From assembly GCA_043732185.1 (NCBI GenBank), contig JAYTHY010000049.1, positions 1 to 35,384 on the forward strand: a stretch of 35,384 nt of DNA. The letters are read 5' to 3'. This document shows, piece after piece, positions 10,201-19,205 of the stretch. Positions within the stretch are counted from its first letter, which is position 1. Each line of letters opens with the position of its first letter. A program made the position numbers and the translations under genes. The notes below the pieces were generated by a model. It searched no databases. It saw only the letters and a list, made by a program, of their open reading frames with translations, and was not told where the DNA came from. Source of the stretch: Fibrobacteria bacterium. Lineage in GTDB: Bacteria > Fibrobacterota > Fibrobacteria > UBA11236.

Positions 10201-11014
10201 GGTCATGGCATATGCGCCCGTCAGCCAGTCGCTGAATGAGTGATCGATGGAAGGAAGACACTTGGGAAAGCCCGAAAAGATGGTAACTGGGAGGTTTCCT
10301 GTCGGGCATCCTGTCCGGTGCCGGTTGGTCCAGCACCATTTCCGCATACTGCGGCAAGGTATACTGGTATTGCCCCTGTTTTTCTCCGAGGCTATCGCGC
10401 AGACCTTGGGTCCGGAATAATTCATGGTAGATTTCCCGCTGCCAACGCTCAAGAGCTGCTACCTGCTTGTGCAAGGAATGCCTGGCGCCCCTTTTGAGAT
10501 TGGGTAGAAAACAATCTTCGCCGTGTTTCCAAGCATAGGCTAACCCATTCTGACCATGCTCCCGCACACGGCTGTACTCATACTCGCGGAAGAAGCCAGC
10601 CAATTTTTGGGAAAGTTGGCACAGCCGCTGCGCATAGAGGCGTTGGCTTCCGGAATCAAATCCAAAATGTTGCAGATACTCCTGCGCAGCTTCCGGTGGA
10701 TGGGTCTGAAGCAAACCAAGGATCAAAAGCTGCAAACCCTGTTCGTCCAAAAGTTTGGCCGGCTTTCGAAAAGCGACGCGATGCTCCGTGTCCAGCGTTT
10801 CCAGTCGCTGCCACAGCATCATCTCCAATCTTTGAAAATCCACATTGGCCAGGACGCCGCGCTTTTCGGCTAGGCGCATTTGTATCCAGCGCTTCATGGC
10901 AGGTGTGGGCGTAGCGATATGCGGAGATTGGAACGGATCGCTCCAATTCAAATTTTGGGAAAGCTTTTCCAATAGGATGGAAGGAGAATTGCTGAAATAC
11001 AGTTTAGCCGACAT
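7193..11014 (-). CDS. recC: Exodeoxyribonuclease V gamma subunit (RecC)
   Basis: 1273 aa. N-terminal LYFSN..LL and MKRWIQMRLA..GVLANVDF, NPCAEYW, LLSQWGKPGRE, REVE, DIAVLVP, RSLPFKYVYILGL, LENPVQ; directly upstream of recB and recD. Confidence 0.94.
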   Translation of the reverse strand: MSAKLYFSNSPSILLEKLSQNLNWSDPFQSPHIATPTPAMKRWIQMRLAEKRGVLANVDFQRLEMMLWQRLETLDTEHRVAFRKPAKLLDEQGLQLLILGLLQTHPPEAAQEYLQHFGFDSGSQRLYAQRLCQLSQKLAGFFREYEYSRVREHGQNGLAYAWKHGEDCFLPNLKRGARHSLHKQVAALERWQREIYHELFRTQGLRDSLGEKQGQYQYTLPQYAEMVLDQPAPDRMPDRKPPSYHLFGLSQVSSFHRSLIQRLADGRICHDREADFYIYSLNPCAEYWEDVLTPRENRRQQENLFRNQKYSDWRKLEEPEKHTLRLSKSALQAEELPEDLPNSDLTSETEEHPLLSQWGKPGRENIRLWCQITEYDFFEHFRYSQKSTVLGSIQNAILHRRGPLPEAERMIQDDSLQIFACPEIHREVETVHHSIIHALLQDPTLRPDDIAVLVPKMQDYRHVLAAVFGKQEPGARGQVPFTFADASASLESEYARGVTQLFDLAQGRFSRRDLFNLAANPCFKNSPGVEVGALKTFSEWTSKLNIFHGYDEEDRSQRGYVPDALHTWGHGLERLILGTVMEAPEPGDTRHFENKVPLADGKSGDRDLLQGFLTNVESLHRDLSPFRENRTRPWAEWLQIMADIFERYLTFPPDQKLEGFVQADLRRYLISLASMDDLESLRPNSDATSTEVAATIPMSLIQSHLENLKAGKEPFLSGGVNVSVLAALRSLPFKYVYILGLGEGRFPEDDEASTLDLRQYRRVIGEVNPSSRNRYIFLETLMCTETKLCLSYISRDIQQGKNFQMGSVLNELVDYLNACVLGQIPFQATSIPLLSRDGVLFKQDSLAPWNPPPNPFRQEKLLAWLELGKKRFPNFSTLFRSDAPASIAAEIFPTLPIEVRTEVRAEKVLELQAMPLDDARIYLENPVQYTLQKRLGIRDYVEEDPMDLEDEPFTCPFPMDLNLLQNMVMRRFQAWESTTSQDCLAHFRSEYDNMTLRGYMPEGYFRDLDKQVLLEKAEGILATLEDVFASMRQGSLSQICQAGIHIGEGTGRGASLSTRVKPDLQVPAILLRAGNKNVAIQGTLPCLFRCPETGGCGTVVFMSGSFKRKHLLPAFLFYLSGLLSETDLGRWLQSGPFTIYYVFKKEKTNGYTQGNWAPFQIGPEKARAYLVRLLESMLGEMDFDLLPFELIAKHLAGKNQLTSMLDYTETLRDALDALEENPGNFPEFTLSESMKFLEPQVPEDAEAKIRSRLELFFNFLPDAEDVGPIHAEN

Positions 11015-11119
11015 GCCGTCCCAGTGTGGCGCTGAAAGCAGCTGCGCCGAGAAGCAATAATAGCTATCGGATGCACATGAATGAAGACAAAAGCTGTCCC
11101 CGGAGCTTTACTTTGAGGG

Positions 11120-11635
11120 CTACGAGCTAGGCTCAAAGTTTAAAAGTACAGAAGTCGGGGTGGTTTCGGCCAATCCAACAACGACATTGTCTAGCACGGC
11201 AAAAGGTAGGTAGGCATCCTGTCTGTTCTGAAATTCCAGCGTCGTTGAGGAACCAGTTGAGGTAAATTCAAATGAAAAATTCTGCCAAAGCAAGCTTGTG
11301 CCAGTATTGGAGAGATTGAACGTACCGGCTAAACTTCCTCCGATCATTACGTCAATAATGCCGGTTCCGTCGCGACCAGACTTTGTGCCCGTTGCACCGG
11401 CAAAATCAACTTCATAGGTCTGCCCAGCTGTGGTCGCAAAAGTTTGCATGATGCCCCCGCCCGAGAAGATGTAGTTTGCCAAATCAACGGCATAGGATCC
11501 ATCCGCAGCGGGTCCGTAGGCATAGGCTAGGGGTGAAAAATATTCAACCCCACTCAGCGTACAAAGTGTACCTACGGCTGTAAACGTGGCGATAATTCCA
11601 ACCTACGGTAGACGTACAATGGACTTGTGTTGCAT
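11120..11635 (-). pseudogene. Probable pseudogene of a secreted DUF642 / galactose-binding-like protein
   Basis: AGGAG RBS, then ATG at 11635: MQHKSIVRLP*VGIIATFTAVG...TLSGVEYF...AADGSYAVDLANY..GGIMQTFATTAGQTYEVDF. In-frame TAG at 11603-11605; the same frame continues into ORF 11120..11482. Confidence 0.65.
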
Positions 11636-11678
11636 ACTGGAGAGCTCCTGGGATGGTGGGTTTTAAAAAGGTGTATTT

Positions 11679-11694
11679 AGCAAAGCCTATGCCG
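11679..11694 (-). promoter_or_regulatory. Sigma54 (-24/-12) promoter
   Basis: Minus strand CGGCATAGGCTTTGCT = GG-N10-GC, close to consensus TGGCAC-N5-TTGCW; about 45 nt upstream of the ATG at 11635. Confidence 0.65.
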
Positions 11695-11846
11695 TACTCA
11701 TTGAGCCGAAGGAGCCTGTTTTATGGAATAATTGGTTTGCCTACATCGGATTTCTGTATTTGTGTAAACAATTTCGACGAATGAGGATACTTTTACACAG
11801 AACGTGTTTTGAACTTCAGCAATTTTCATTCCAGGGAGCCCTAGAG

Positions 11847-13514
11847 ATGGTTTGGCTTAAAGATTTAATTTTTGGGCATTCCGTATCCCATGCAATTTTT
11901 GTTTTAAGCGCTGTGATTACTCTGGGCGTAACGTTTGGGCGCATACGATTATTTGGGATAAGCCTTGGTATTGCCGGGGTTTTGTTTTCTGGATTGGCAT
12001 TTGGGCACTATGGACTTGGAGTTGAACCGGAAATCCTAGATTTTGCGCGAGAATTTGGACTTATCCTATTTGTTTACACCATAGGCATGCAAGTCGGCCC
12101 CAGTTTTTTTGCGTCATTGCGGAAGCAGGGATTACGGCTGAATATGTTGGCAGCGGGCGTGGTTTTCCTTGGCGTTTTGGTGGCGTTGGGGTTGCATTTC
12201 TTTGCCCATTTACCCATCCCTGTAGTTGTCGGTCTGCTTTCCGGAGCCGTTACCAATACTCCCGGCCTCGGCGCAGCACAACAAGCCTTACATGAACGCC
12301 TGCCGAGTGCCGTTAATTCGGTTGAAGTGTCTGGTATGGCCTACGCAGTGGCCTATCCATTTGGCATCCTTGGCACCATTCTATCCATGATTCTCTTTCG
12401 TATTATTTTTCGGATTTCCCCAAAAAACGAAGCGGACGCTTACGAACAGGAAGAATCAACGGCTTCGGCAGTGGCCGAGAATTATAATATCGTGGTTTCG
12501 AATCAGCGTCTCGCTGGAATAGACATTCGAAAATTGTCAGCGATGGTACAGGCGGATTTCGTTGTCTCACGGCTTATGCACGGAGATCATATCGTTGTTC
12601 CCTCGGCGGAAACGAAATTAAATGTGGGAGATATCCTACATGTCGTATGCACCCAAGAAAACGCCCAGAAGCTCGCTATATTGGTAGGTGAAATAACCAA
12701 GCTGGACATTCGCAAAGTGGAAAGCGAGTTGACTTCACGAAGCATTTTGATCACCCGCGGAGAGGCCGTTGGAAAGACGATCCGGGCGCTGGACCTAATG
12801 AATACCTATGGTGTGGCGATTACACGTGTCAATCGGGCCGGCATCCAAATTGTCGCAAAAGCGCGTACGGAATTATGCTTCGGAGATCGCTTAACCGTCG
12901 TTGGTGAGGAAGCTTCAATTATAAAAGTTGCGGCACAGCTGGGCGACTCCATGAAACAACTAAGACATCCAAATATTATGCCTGTGTTTTTCGGAATCAT
13001 TCTTGGCGTACTTCTGGGTAGCATACCGATAACCATACCGGGTATTCCAGCACCGGTAAAATTGGGTTTGGCAGGGGGGCCATTATTGGTTGCCATTGTT
13101 TTAAGTCGCTTTGCCCGTATCGGACCAATCGTCTGGTACCTGCCTCAGAGCGCCAACCTAATACTTCGCGAAGTAGGCATTACTTTATTTTTAGCGAGTG
13201 TTGGAATTAAATCTGGCGGGCACTTTGTGGAAACATTAATTCACGGTGATGGCTTGGTTTGGATGGGCTTGGCTGTTTTGATAACAGCTATACCGCTGCT
13301 CATAATAGGGTTCGTGGCGCGCGCAATGTTCAGGATCAATTTTATGGCCCTATGTGGATTATTGGCTGGTAGCATGACCGATCCGCCAGCCCTTTCTTTT
13401 GCCACCCAAATTGCTAATTCTGATGCCCCTGCCATAACCTATGCCAGTGTATATGCACTGGTTATGTTTCTCAGGATTCTTACTGCCCAAGCCATCGTAT
13501 TATTGTTTACCTAG
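11847..13514 (+). CDS. AspT/YidE/YbjL family putative transporter with TrkA-C domains
   Basis: Duplicated membrane domains (GLILFVYTIGMQVGPSFF, GAVTNTPGLGAA, YAVAYPFG; GGPLLVAI, GSMTDPPAL) flank two soluble TrkA-C-like segments. Start at MVWLKD after GGGAG. Confidence 0.9.
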   Translation: MVWLKDLIFGHSVSHAIFVLSAVITLGVTFGRIRLFGISLGIAGVLFSGLAFGHYGLGVEPEILDFAREFGLILFVYTIGMQVGPSFFASLRKQGLRLNMLAAGVVFLGVLVALGLHFFAHLPIPVVVGLLSGAVTNTPGLGAAQQALHERLPSAVNSVEVSGMAYAVAYPFGILGTILSMILFRIIFRISPKNEADAYEQEESTASAVAENYNIVVSNQRLAGIDIRKLSAMVQADFVVSRLMHGDHIVVPSAETKLNVGDILHVVCTQENAQKLAILVGEITKLDIRKVESELTSRSILITRGEAVGKTIRALDLMNTYGVAITRVNRAGIQIVAKARTELCFGDRLTVVGEEASIIKVAAQLGDSMKQLRHPNIMPVFFGIILGVLLGSIPITIPGIPAPVKLGLAGGPLLVAIVLSRFARIGPIVWYLPQSANLILREVGITLFLASVGIKSGGHFVETLIHGDGLVWMGLAVLITAIPLLIIGFVARAMFRINFMALCGLLAGSMTDPPALSFATQIANSDAPAITYASVYALVMFLRILTAQAIVLLFT

Positions 13515-13523
13515 CCAATTTAA

Positions 13524-15323
13524 ATGGTGGAAGCAGTGGAGAAGAGATTGAATAGCAGTACAGAATTGTCAGCACCTAAAATTTGGAATCGAATTCCATC
13601 TGCGATAAGAGATATTGGAAGTTTTGGCATCACGCCTGGCATGGATCCCCGCCATGCCCGTAACATCATCATCTCCAACTTTGCCTCCTATTCCCATGCC
13701 TTAATCACTTTCCCGTATTACTGGATTTTTAAAGCGTTGGGGGCGACCTGGCTGTCCAGCTTTGTGCATCCACTCACATTATTTTTCCTTTGTATTCCTC
13801 AAATCAACCGACTTGGTTTTACAACGGCCTCGCGAATCCTATTGACTACTGTGCTTAATTTGAATGTCTATCTATACACCGCATCCATCGGGATGGAAAC
13901 TTCGATTCAAAATGTCTTTTTTTTCACATTGGTTTCCCCTCTCATGCTCTTTCGGTTATCAGAATGGCGGAGCATCGCGTTCTGTATTTCGCAACCTTTT
14001 ATATTGTGGAGCTTATTGGTCTGGAAAGGGGCGTGGATCATTCCCCAGACCCATTTTGATGCTTGGGCCTTCCATATCATGAGTCCTGCGATATCTTTTA
14101 CCACAGCGGGAATGCTCTTCTCATGTTTCTTGCTTTTTACAATTTTGGAACAGGCCAGTGGAATCAAGTTAGAGCAAGCAAAGCTTACAGCGGAAAAAAG
14201 TGATCGCGCCAAAAGCCAGTTTCTTGCAATCATGAGCCATGAAATTCGGACTCCCATGAATGGAATATTTGGGGCCATCCAGCTTTTAAATTCGGCATCG
14301 CCCACTGAGAATCAAAAATCTCACCTTGAGTTAATGGAATCGTCGAGTGATCATCTTATGCAAATCCTAAATGATATTCTGGATTTTTCGAAAATGACAG
14401 CAGGAAAATTAGAGTTAGAACAAAAGCCATTTAACCTCCATGATACTCTAAGAAATTCCAAAAACATGTTTGATAAAATGGCGGACGATAAATCTCTAAC
14501 CCTTGAATTGGATATCGGCGAGGCATACCCAACTTGGGTGGTCGGTGATGAAACCCGGTTTCGGCAAGTGGTTTTAAACCTTGTGAACAATGCCATAAAA
14601 TTTACCAAAAAGGGTGGCATACGCATCACACTCAAGAAGTTGGGTGAAACAAGCGTCGAGTGCAATGTTTTAGTATCCGTAGCGGACACAGGCATAGGCA
14701 TGAGCGAGGAAACTATTCAAATATTATTCCATCCCTTTACCCAAGCAGATTCTACAATTACGCGTGAGTTCGGGGGGACTGGGCTCGGTCTTGCCATAAG
14801 CAAACAAATAGCCCTAGCCATGGGTGGGAATTTGTCCGTCCAGTCTACGCCGAAAATCGGAAGTGTATTTAACTTTTCCTGTCGGTTATTGAAGGGAGCC
14901 AAACCCAATTTTCCATTAGCTGAAATTTCTGCCCCATTAAATTCTGTAAACTATCGTGGAAAAAAGGCTTTAATTGTTGAAGACAATTTAAACAACCAGA
15001 TTGTAATCGCGCATATTTTAGGGATATTCGGATTTGAAACTACGGTTGTCAATGATGGGTTTCAAGGCGTGAACGCTGGCGCCGGCGCGCGCTTCGATGT
15101 TATATTCATGGATTTACAAATGCCTGTAATGGACGGCTTCGAAGCTACCCGTATTCTCCGAAGTAATGTACAGTCCGACGAGAGGCTCCTTATTATTGCC
15201 TTAACTGCAAATATCCAAATCGAGGACAGGGAAAAAGGCTTAGCTTCAGGAATCGATGATTTCTTAACCAAACCTTTAATATTGGCCAATCTAACCGCCA
15301 TGTTAAAAAAACATTTGGGATAG
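13524..15323 (+). CDS. Membrane-bound hybrid sensor histidine kinase / response regulator
   Basis: Several N-terminal TM helices; H-box FLAIMSHEIRTPMNG; N-box NLVNNAIKFT; DTGIG; GGTGLGL; receiver domain IVEDN, FMDLQMPVMDG, KP. Confidence 0.93.
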   Translation: MVEAVEKRLNSSTELSAPKIWNRIPSAIRDIGSFGITPGMDPRHARNIIISNFASYSHALITFPYYWIFKALGATWLSSFVHPLTLFFLCIPQINRLGFTTASRILLTTVLNLNVYLYTASIGMETSIQNVFFFTLVSPLMLFRLSEWRSIAFCISQPFILWSLLVWKGAWIIPQTHFDAWAFHIMSPAISFTTAGMLFSCFLLFTILEQASGIKLEQAKLTAEKSDRAKSQFLAIMSHEIRTPMNGIFGAIQLLNSASPTENQKSHLELMESSSDHLMQILNDILDFSKMTAGKLELEQKPFNLHDTLRNSKNMFDKMADDKSLTLELDIGEAYPTWVVGDETRFRQVVLNLVNNAIKFTKKGGIRITLKKLGETSVECNVLVSVADTGIGMSEETIQILFHPFTQADSTITREFGGTGLGLAISKQIALAMGGNLSVQSTPKIGSVFNFSCRLLKGAKPNFPLAEISAPLNSVNYRGKKALIVEDNLNNQIVIAHILGIFGFETTVVNDGFQGVNAGAGARFDVIFMDLQMPVMDGFEATRILRSNVQSDERLLIIALTANIQIEDREKGLASGIDDFLTKPLILANLTAMLKKHLG

Positions 15324-15466
15324 GAAAACCATCTACGAATTGGCAAGAACGCCTGATTTACCTATGCTGTTTACCCATCGGTTTACGGACCAGGCCTCAC
15401 CAAAAAAAGAGTTTCCATGAGTGACGAGATATTTTTGAATTTTTTAGGGCAATAAGAAAAGGCCGA

Positions 15467-16558
15467 TTGGATGGACAAATCGAAACGAAACTGAAATTTG
15501 GAAAGGCTGATGATTTTCAGGTTGAACTCCGTAATCGTGTAGAGGCCTTTTTTCGCGATACGGGACGCGCCCAGCGTGATTGCCCGAAAATGTACCTAAA
15601 GTCGGCAATTATTCTTTCCGCGCTTGTTGCGGGATATTGCCTAATTGTTTTTTTCGCTCGAACATGGTGGCAGGCGCTTCTATTGGCAATCCTCATTGGT
15701 CTTACCATGGCCGAGGTGGGTTTTAATATCCAGCACGATGGCTCGCATCAAGGGTATTCCATCCATCCTTGGATCAACAAGTTGATGGCGATGACATTGG
15801 ATTTAATTGGCGGCAGCTCTTATATCTGGCATTGGAAACACGACATCTTCCATCACACGTATGTCAATATTGCGGGCCATGACGCAGACATCGATCTGGG
15901 TTTTTTTGGACGCTTAAGCCCTCATCAAAAGCACCTTCGATATCAACGCTGGCAGCACATCTACCTTTGGCCGTTATATGGATTTCTGGCCATCAAATGG
16001 CTTCTTTATGATGATTTCCGTGACATCTACACGGCACGGATAGGGAGCCATTCTATCCCAAGGCCTAGAGGTTGGGAAATGGTTTTATTTATCGGAGGTA
16101 AGGTGTCCTTTTTCACATTTGCCTTTGTGATCCCATTGATCTTTCACCCACTTTGGGTGGTCCTGTTATTTTATGCAGTCGTTGCCGTGATTACAGGGCT
16201 TACGCTGAGCTTGGTGTTTCAGGTAGTTCATGTTGTGGAGCAAGCGGAATTCACTTTACCACAGGCTCACTCTGGCCGCATTGAAAAAACATGGGCTGTT
16301 CATCAGGTTGAAACAACGGTAGACTATGCTCGCCACAATCGTGTGATAGGGTGGTTGGTAGGATGCTTGAACTTTCAGATTGAGCACCACCTTTTCCCTA
16401 GGATTTGCCATGTCAATTATCCGGCAATCGCTGAACTGGTAGAGGCCACTTGCAAAGAATTTGGCGTGCGGTATTCACAACATGCTTCGTACACTGCAGG
16501 TTTGGTGTCCCATTATCGCTGGTTGCGTAAGATGGGCGCTGGCGCAGAAACACTATAG
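15467..16558 (+). CDS. Membrane fatty acid (acyl-CoA/acyl-lipid) desaturase
   Basis: Three His boxes: HDGSH, HDIFHH and QIEHHLFP (Q-type third box); hydrophobic segments. TTG start uncertain. Confidence 0.92.
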   Translation: MDGQIETKLKFGKADDFQVELRNRVEAFFRDTGRAQRDCPKMYLKSAIILSALVAGYCLIVFFARTWWQALLLAILIGLTMAEVGFNIQHDGSHQGYSIHPWINKLMAMTLDLIGGSSYIWHWKHDIFHHTYVNIAGHDADIDLGFFGRLSPHQKHLRYQRWQHIYLWPLYGFLAIKWLLYDDFRDIYTARIGSHSIPRPRGWEMVLFIGGKVSFFTFAFVIPLIFHPLWVVLLFYAVVAVITGLTLSLVFQVVHVVEQAEFTLPQAHSGRIEKTWAVHQVETTVDYARHNRVIGWLVGCLNFQIEHHLFPRICHVNYPAIAELVEATCKEFGVRYSQHASYTAGLVSHYRWLRKMGAGAETL

Positions 16559-16581
16559 GGACTAGTTGCGGGGGAAAGCGG

Positions 16582-17859
16582 ATGTTCAAGCACAACCTGA
16601 GTGGCCTCTTTCTTGGTGGCTTACTGATTTTACCCATAAATTCTTCTGCGCAGTCGGCCGTGCCAGTTTCTGTTTCTAAGGCCACCGACTGGACTCGCCT
16701 ATTGACACGCACGGATGGGTGGACCGGAGCAGACGGTATTTTTTCCATTCCACTATCTGGATTTGAAGGTCCAGATAGAATAGATCATTCTAAAACATTG
16801 TTCCTTTTTAGTGATACATTCATTGGACAAGTAGATGTGAACGGAGCGCGCAAAAATGCCCGCTTGATAAATAATTCATTGGCCATTCTGGATGGCCGGT
16901 TACCGGATTCATCTAAAATGCGTTTTCTGTGGGGCAAGGACACAATGGGTTTGGCCAAATCCGTATTCGTTCCAAATACTCCGAATACGCGTGGAAAGTC
17001 AAATTGGTATTGGTTGCAAGATGGTTTTTGCCATAATAATAACGTCTACATTTTCGCATTGGTGGAAACCACGGATTCGACAGGGATGCCTGGATTCAAA
17101 TTTAGGACTTCAGGGATTGCCTTGATAAAAATTCCGTTGGGGCTGGATGGTGAGCCCGACCTTTCCAAACAAATTCAAATGGATGTTCCGCTCTACTATA
17201 AGACAGGAAGCAAGACGGTTAGTTTCGGTAACGGTATCATGCCCAATACCCTTGAAGCAGGTGCGCCGATGCCAGATGGTTATATCTATGTCTATGGCGG
17301 CCAACCCTTATGTGTTGCACGCATCCCTGTCGACTCTATTGAAAATTCTACGCATTGGCTCTTTTGGGATGGGAAAGCCTGGAACACGGACATTGCCGCT
17401 TCAGCAGCACTAGGTGAAGGGGGGTCCGAGCTGAGTGTTACGCCAATCGCGCAGGGTTTTCTGAAAGGGAAATACCTAATGGTATCCATGTCTCTAGAAC
17501 CCAATCTGTATATTAGAATAGGTGAGAGTCCGGTGGGTCCGTTCACGGCCCGCCAAAATGTTTATCTAGCACCAGAATGGAGTCAGGCAGATTCCATATA
17601 CACTTACAACGCGAAAGCGCATCCCAGTCTGTCTGCAAATGGAGATTGGGTTATTTCTTATAATGTCAATACTACCAGCTGGAATCGCGATTTAAAGTTC
17701 GCGGACATTTATCATCCCAGGTTTGTTTCACTTAGATTTGATCCCATAACCGGAATGATGCGCCTCCTATCAGAATTAACCCCACAGCGTCATTTTTATT
17801 GGCGCGTGGACGGACGACAGTTGGGGGAATTCCAAAGACACCAAAGACTTTACCACTAA
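16582..17859 (+). CDS. Secreted DUF4185/DUF5005-like beta-propeller protein
   Basis: Signal peptide ending SSAQ; GWTGADG..SIPL, LFLFSDTFIG, INNS, DGYIYVYG, SPVGPF, YNAKAHP, ISYNVN, YHPRF motifs. Confidence 0.75.
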   Translation: MFKHNLSGLFLGGLLILPINSSAQSAVPVSVSKATDWTRLLTRTDGWTGADGIFSIPLSGFEGPDRIDHSKTLFLFSDTFIGQVDVNGARKNARLINNSLAILDGRLPDSSKMRFLWGKDTMGLAKSVFVPNTPNTRGKSNWYWLQDGFCHNNNVYIFALVETTDSTGMPGFKFRTSGIALIKIPLGLDGEPDLSKQIQMDVPLYYKTGSKTVSFGNGIMPNTLEAGAPMPDGYIYVYGGQPLCVARIPVDSIENSTHWLFWDGKAWNTDIAASAALGEGGSELSVTPIAQGFLKGKYLMVSMSLEPNLYIRIGESPVGPFTARQNVYLAPEWSQADSIYTYNAKAHPSLSANGDWVISYNVNTTSWNRDLKFADIYHPRFVSLRFDPITGMMRLLSELTPQRHFYWRVDGRQLGEFQRHQRLYH

Positions 17860-18383
17860 GTTGGATCCGGAACGGCTTCGAGGGTTCCACGGGAGTCAGC
17901 GGCGGTACCTTGAAAAGCACCATAAATCCGTTCTACCTTGCCTATCACTTTCCATTTCCGCGCTATTTTAAATTCCATCCTACCAGTGGTTCTACGGCTT
18001 TTCGAGTCATCGGCCGGTAGCAAGTCATAATTGAAAGAAATAGTAAAGTATCCAACTTTGCCATCGCGCAATTCAATTTTCTGTCGATGGACGGCTGAAA
18101 TCACGCTGTCGTTTTCCATTATTTTCTCGCCATTCCCTTTTACTTCGCTTTCTTTTTGCTGTAGAAACATTTTCCATTGATAAACGTTGCCTTTGTACTT
18201 TTCCAGGTTGGCAGCTTGGTTTTTAACCGTAAGGGTCCAAATCCCGGATACGTCCGGCGCAAATACAGAGGTGACATTCATAAAATTCATTTTGACGGCA
18301 ACGATCAATCCCAAGGCACCGCAAAGGGAAGTGATTCCTGTCTTGATTCCAATTTTTCTTTTACGATGGGATTTATCGCGCAT
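17856..18383 (-). CDS. Hypothetical membrane-anchored beta-rich protein
   Basis: Basic N-terminus, one hydrophobic segment (ITSLCGALGLIVAV), then PDVSGIWTLTV and alternating beta-strand patterns. Start uncertain. Confidence 0.6.
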   Translation of the reverse strand: MRDKSHRKRKIGIKTGITSLCGALGLIVAVKMNFMNVTSVFAPDVSGIWTLTVKNQAANLEKYKGNVYQWKMFLQQKESEVKGNGEKIMENDSVISAVHRQKIELRDGKVGYFTISFNYDLLPADDSKSRRTTGRMEFKIARKWKVIGKVERIYGAFQGTAADSRGTLEAVPDPT

Positions 18384-18418
18384 CACCACTGTTAAATATA
18401 GTAAATCTACTTTGTTAT

Positions 18419-19153
18419 TTAGTCTCCAAAATAGCGCACAGGCGCCTGCCAATGAACCAGAGCCAAGCTACCCTCTTCTGTCCAAACTTTGTGGTTTGTT
18501 CCAATTGGGCTAAAGAGATAACTTCCGTGGTCGTAACTCCCCGTCTCATCCTCTAAGCTGCCTTCCACGATAAAGGTATGCTCGTTGCCCATATGGATAT
18601 GCTCGGGCAAAGAAGCACCGGGTAGAAAGCGCTGAAGTGCTGATTTGTAATTGCCCGGTTCCCCCTCATATAGGGGAAGCATGAAAACGCCTCTTCGCAA
18701 TTCCTCCCATCCCATTCCCAATGGAAAGGCCATTCCTGTTTGGGACTCAAGTAAAGTCTTGGAATCCATTGCTCCTAAGCCTGGCCGTTTCGTCCGATTT
18801 AAATTAACCGGCAGACGGTGTATAATCATGGAACAGCCTACGAGACTGTAAATGCTTGGACTAAACCCGGCTGAATTAACAATATACGATCCGGGCCCAT
18901 ACTCCTTGGAATCAATAAAAACCTGACCGCTTAAAACAAATACATGTTCATCGCCGGATTGTACGCCCTCCGGTTCAGCACTGCCCTCACTGAACCGCAT
19001 CAAAGTCACCCGGTACCCTTCAAAATCACTGAAAAGTTGGCGGGCATTAATGCCGGGTCGGAACTTCCATCCAGGACCAGTTTCCATCGGGTCATGTTCA
19101 AAATGATATTTATGTCTGGAAGAAACTCTAGGCATCACCGGTGTTACGGGCAT
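18419..19153 (-). CDS. Tandem ChrR-like cupin (cupin_7) domain protein
   Basis: Two cupin repeats: RFSEGSAEPEGVQSGDEHVFVLSG..YGPGSY and RFLPGASLPEHIHMGNEHTFIVEGS..YDHGSY..H. AAAGGA RBS before the ATG at 19153. Confidence 0.82.
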   Translation of the reverse strand: MPVTPVMPRVSSRHKYHFEHDPMETGPGWKFRPGINARQLFSDFEGYRVTLMRFSEGSAEPEGVQSGDEHVFVLSGQVFIDSKEYGPGSYIVNSAGFSPSIYSLVGCSMIIHRLPVNLNRTKRPGLGAMDSKTLLESQTGMAFPLGMGWEELRRGVFMLPLYEGEPGNYKSALQRFLPGASLPEHIHMGNEHTFIVEGSLEDETGSYDHGSYLFSPIGTNHKVWTEEGSLALVHWQAPVRYFGD

Positions 19154-19189
19154 AAATGTATCCTTTCTTTTGACACTGCGGATACACAC

Positions 19190-19205
19190 TGCGAATAACA
19201 TGCCA
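19190..19205 (-). promoter_or_regulatory. Sigma54 (-24/-12) promoter for the cupin gene
   Basis: Minus strand TGGCATGTTATTCGCA = GG-N10-GC, 36 nt upstream of the ATG at 19153. Confidence 0.6.

Noticed and set aside
1789..11136. Numerous 60-140-aa alternative-frame ORFs within recBCD, and similar ones inside other genes
   Set aside because: They overlap well-supported genes almost entirely and show no recognisable motifs.
11603..11605. In-frame TAG codons (here and at 34423) as a sign of amber recoding
   Set aside because: Intact genes in the window end in TAG (for example 13514, 15323, 16558, 24026), and the terminase-like gene also has a frameshift, so decay is the simpler explanation.
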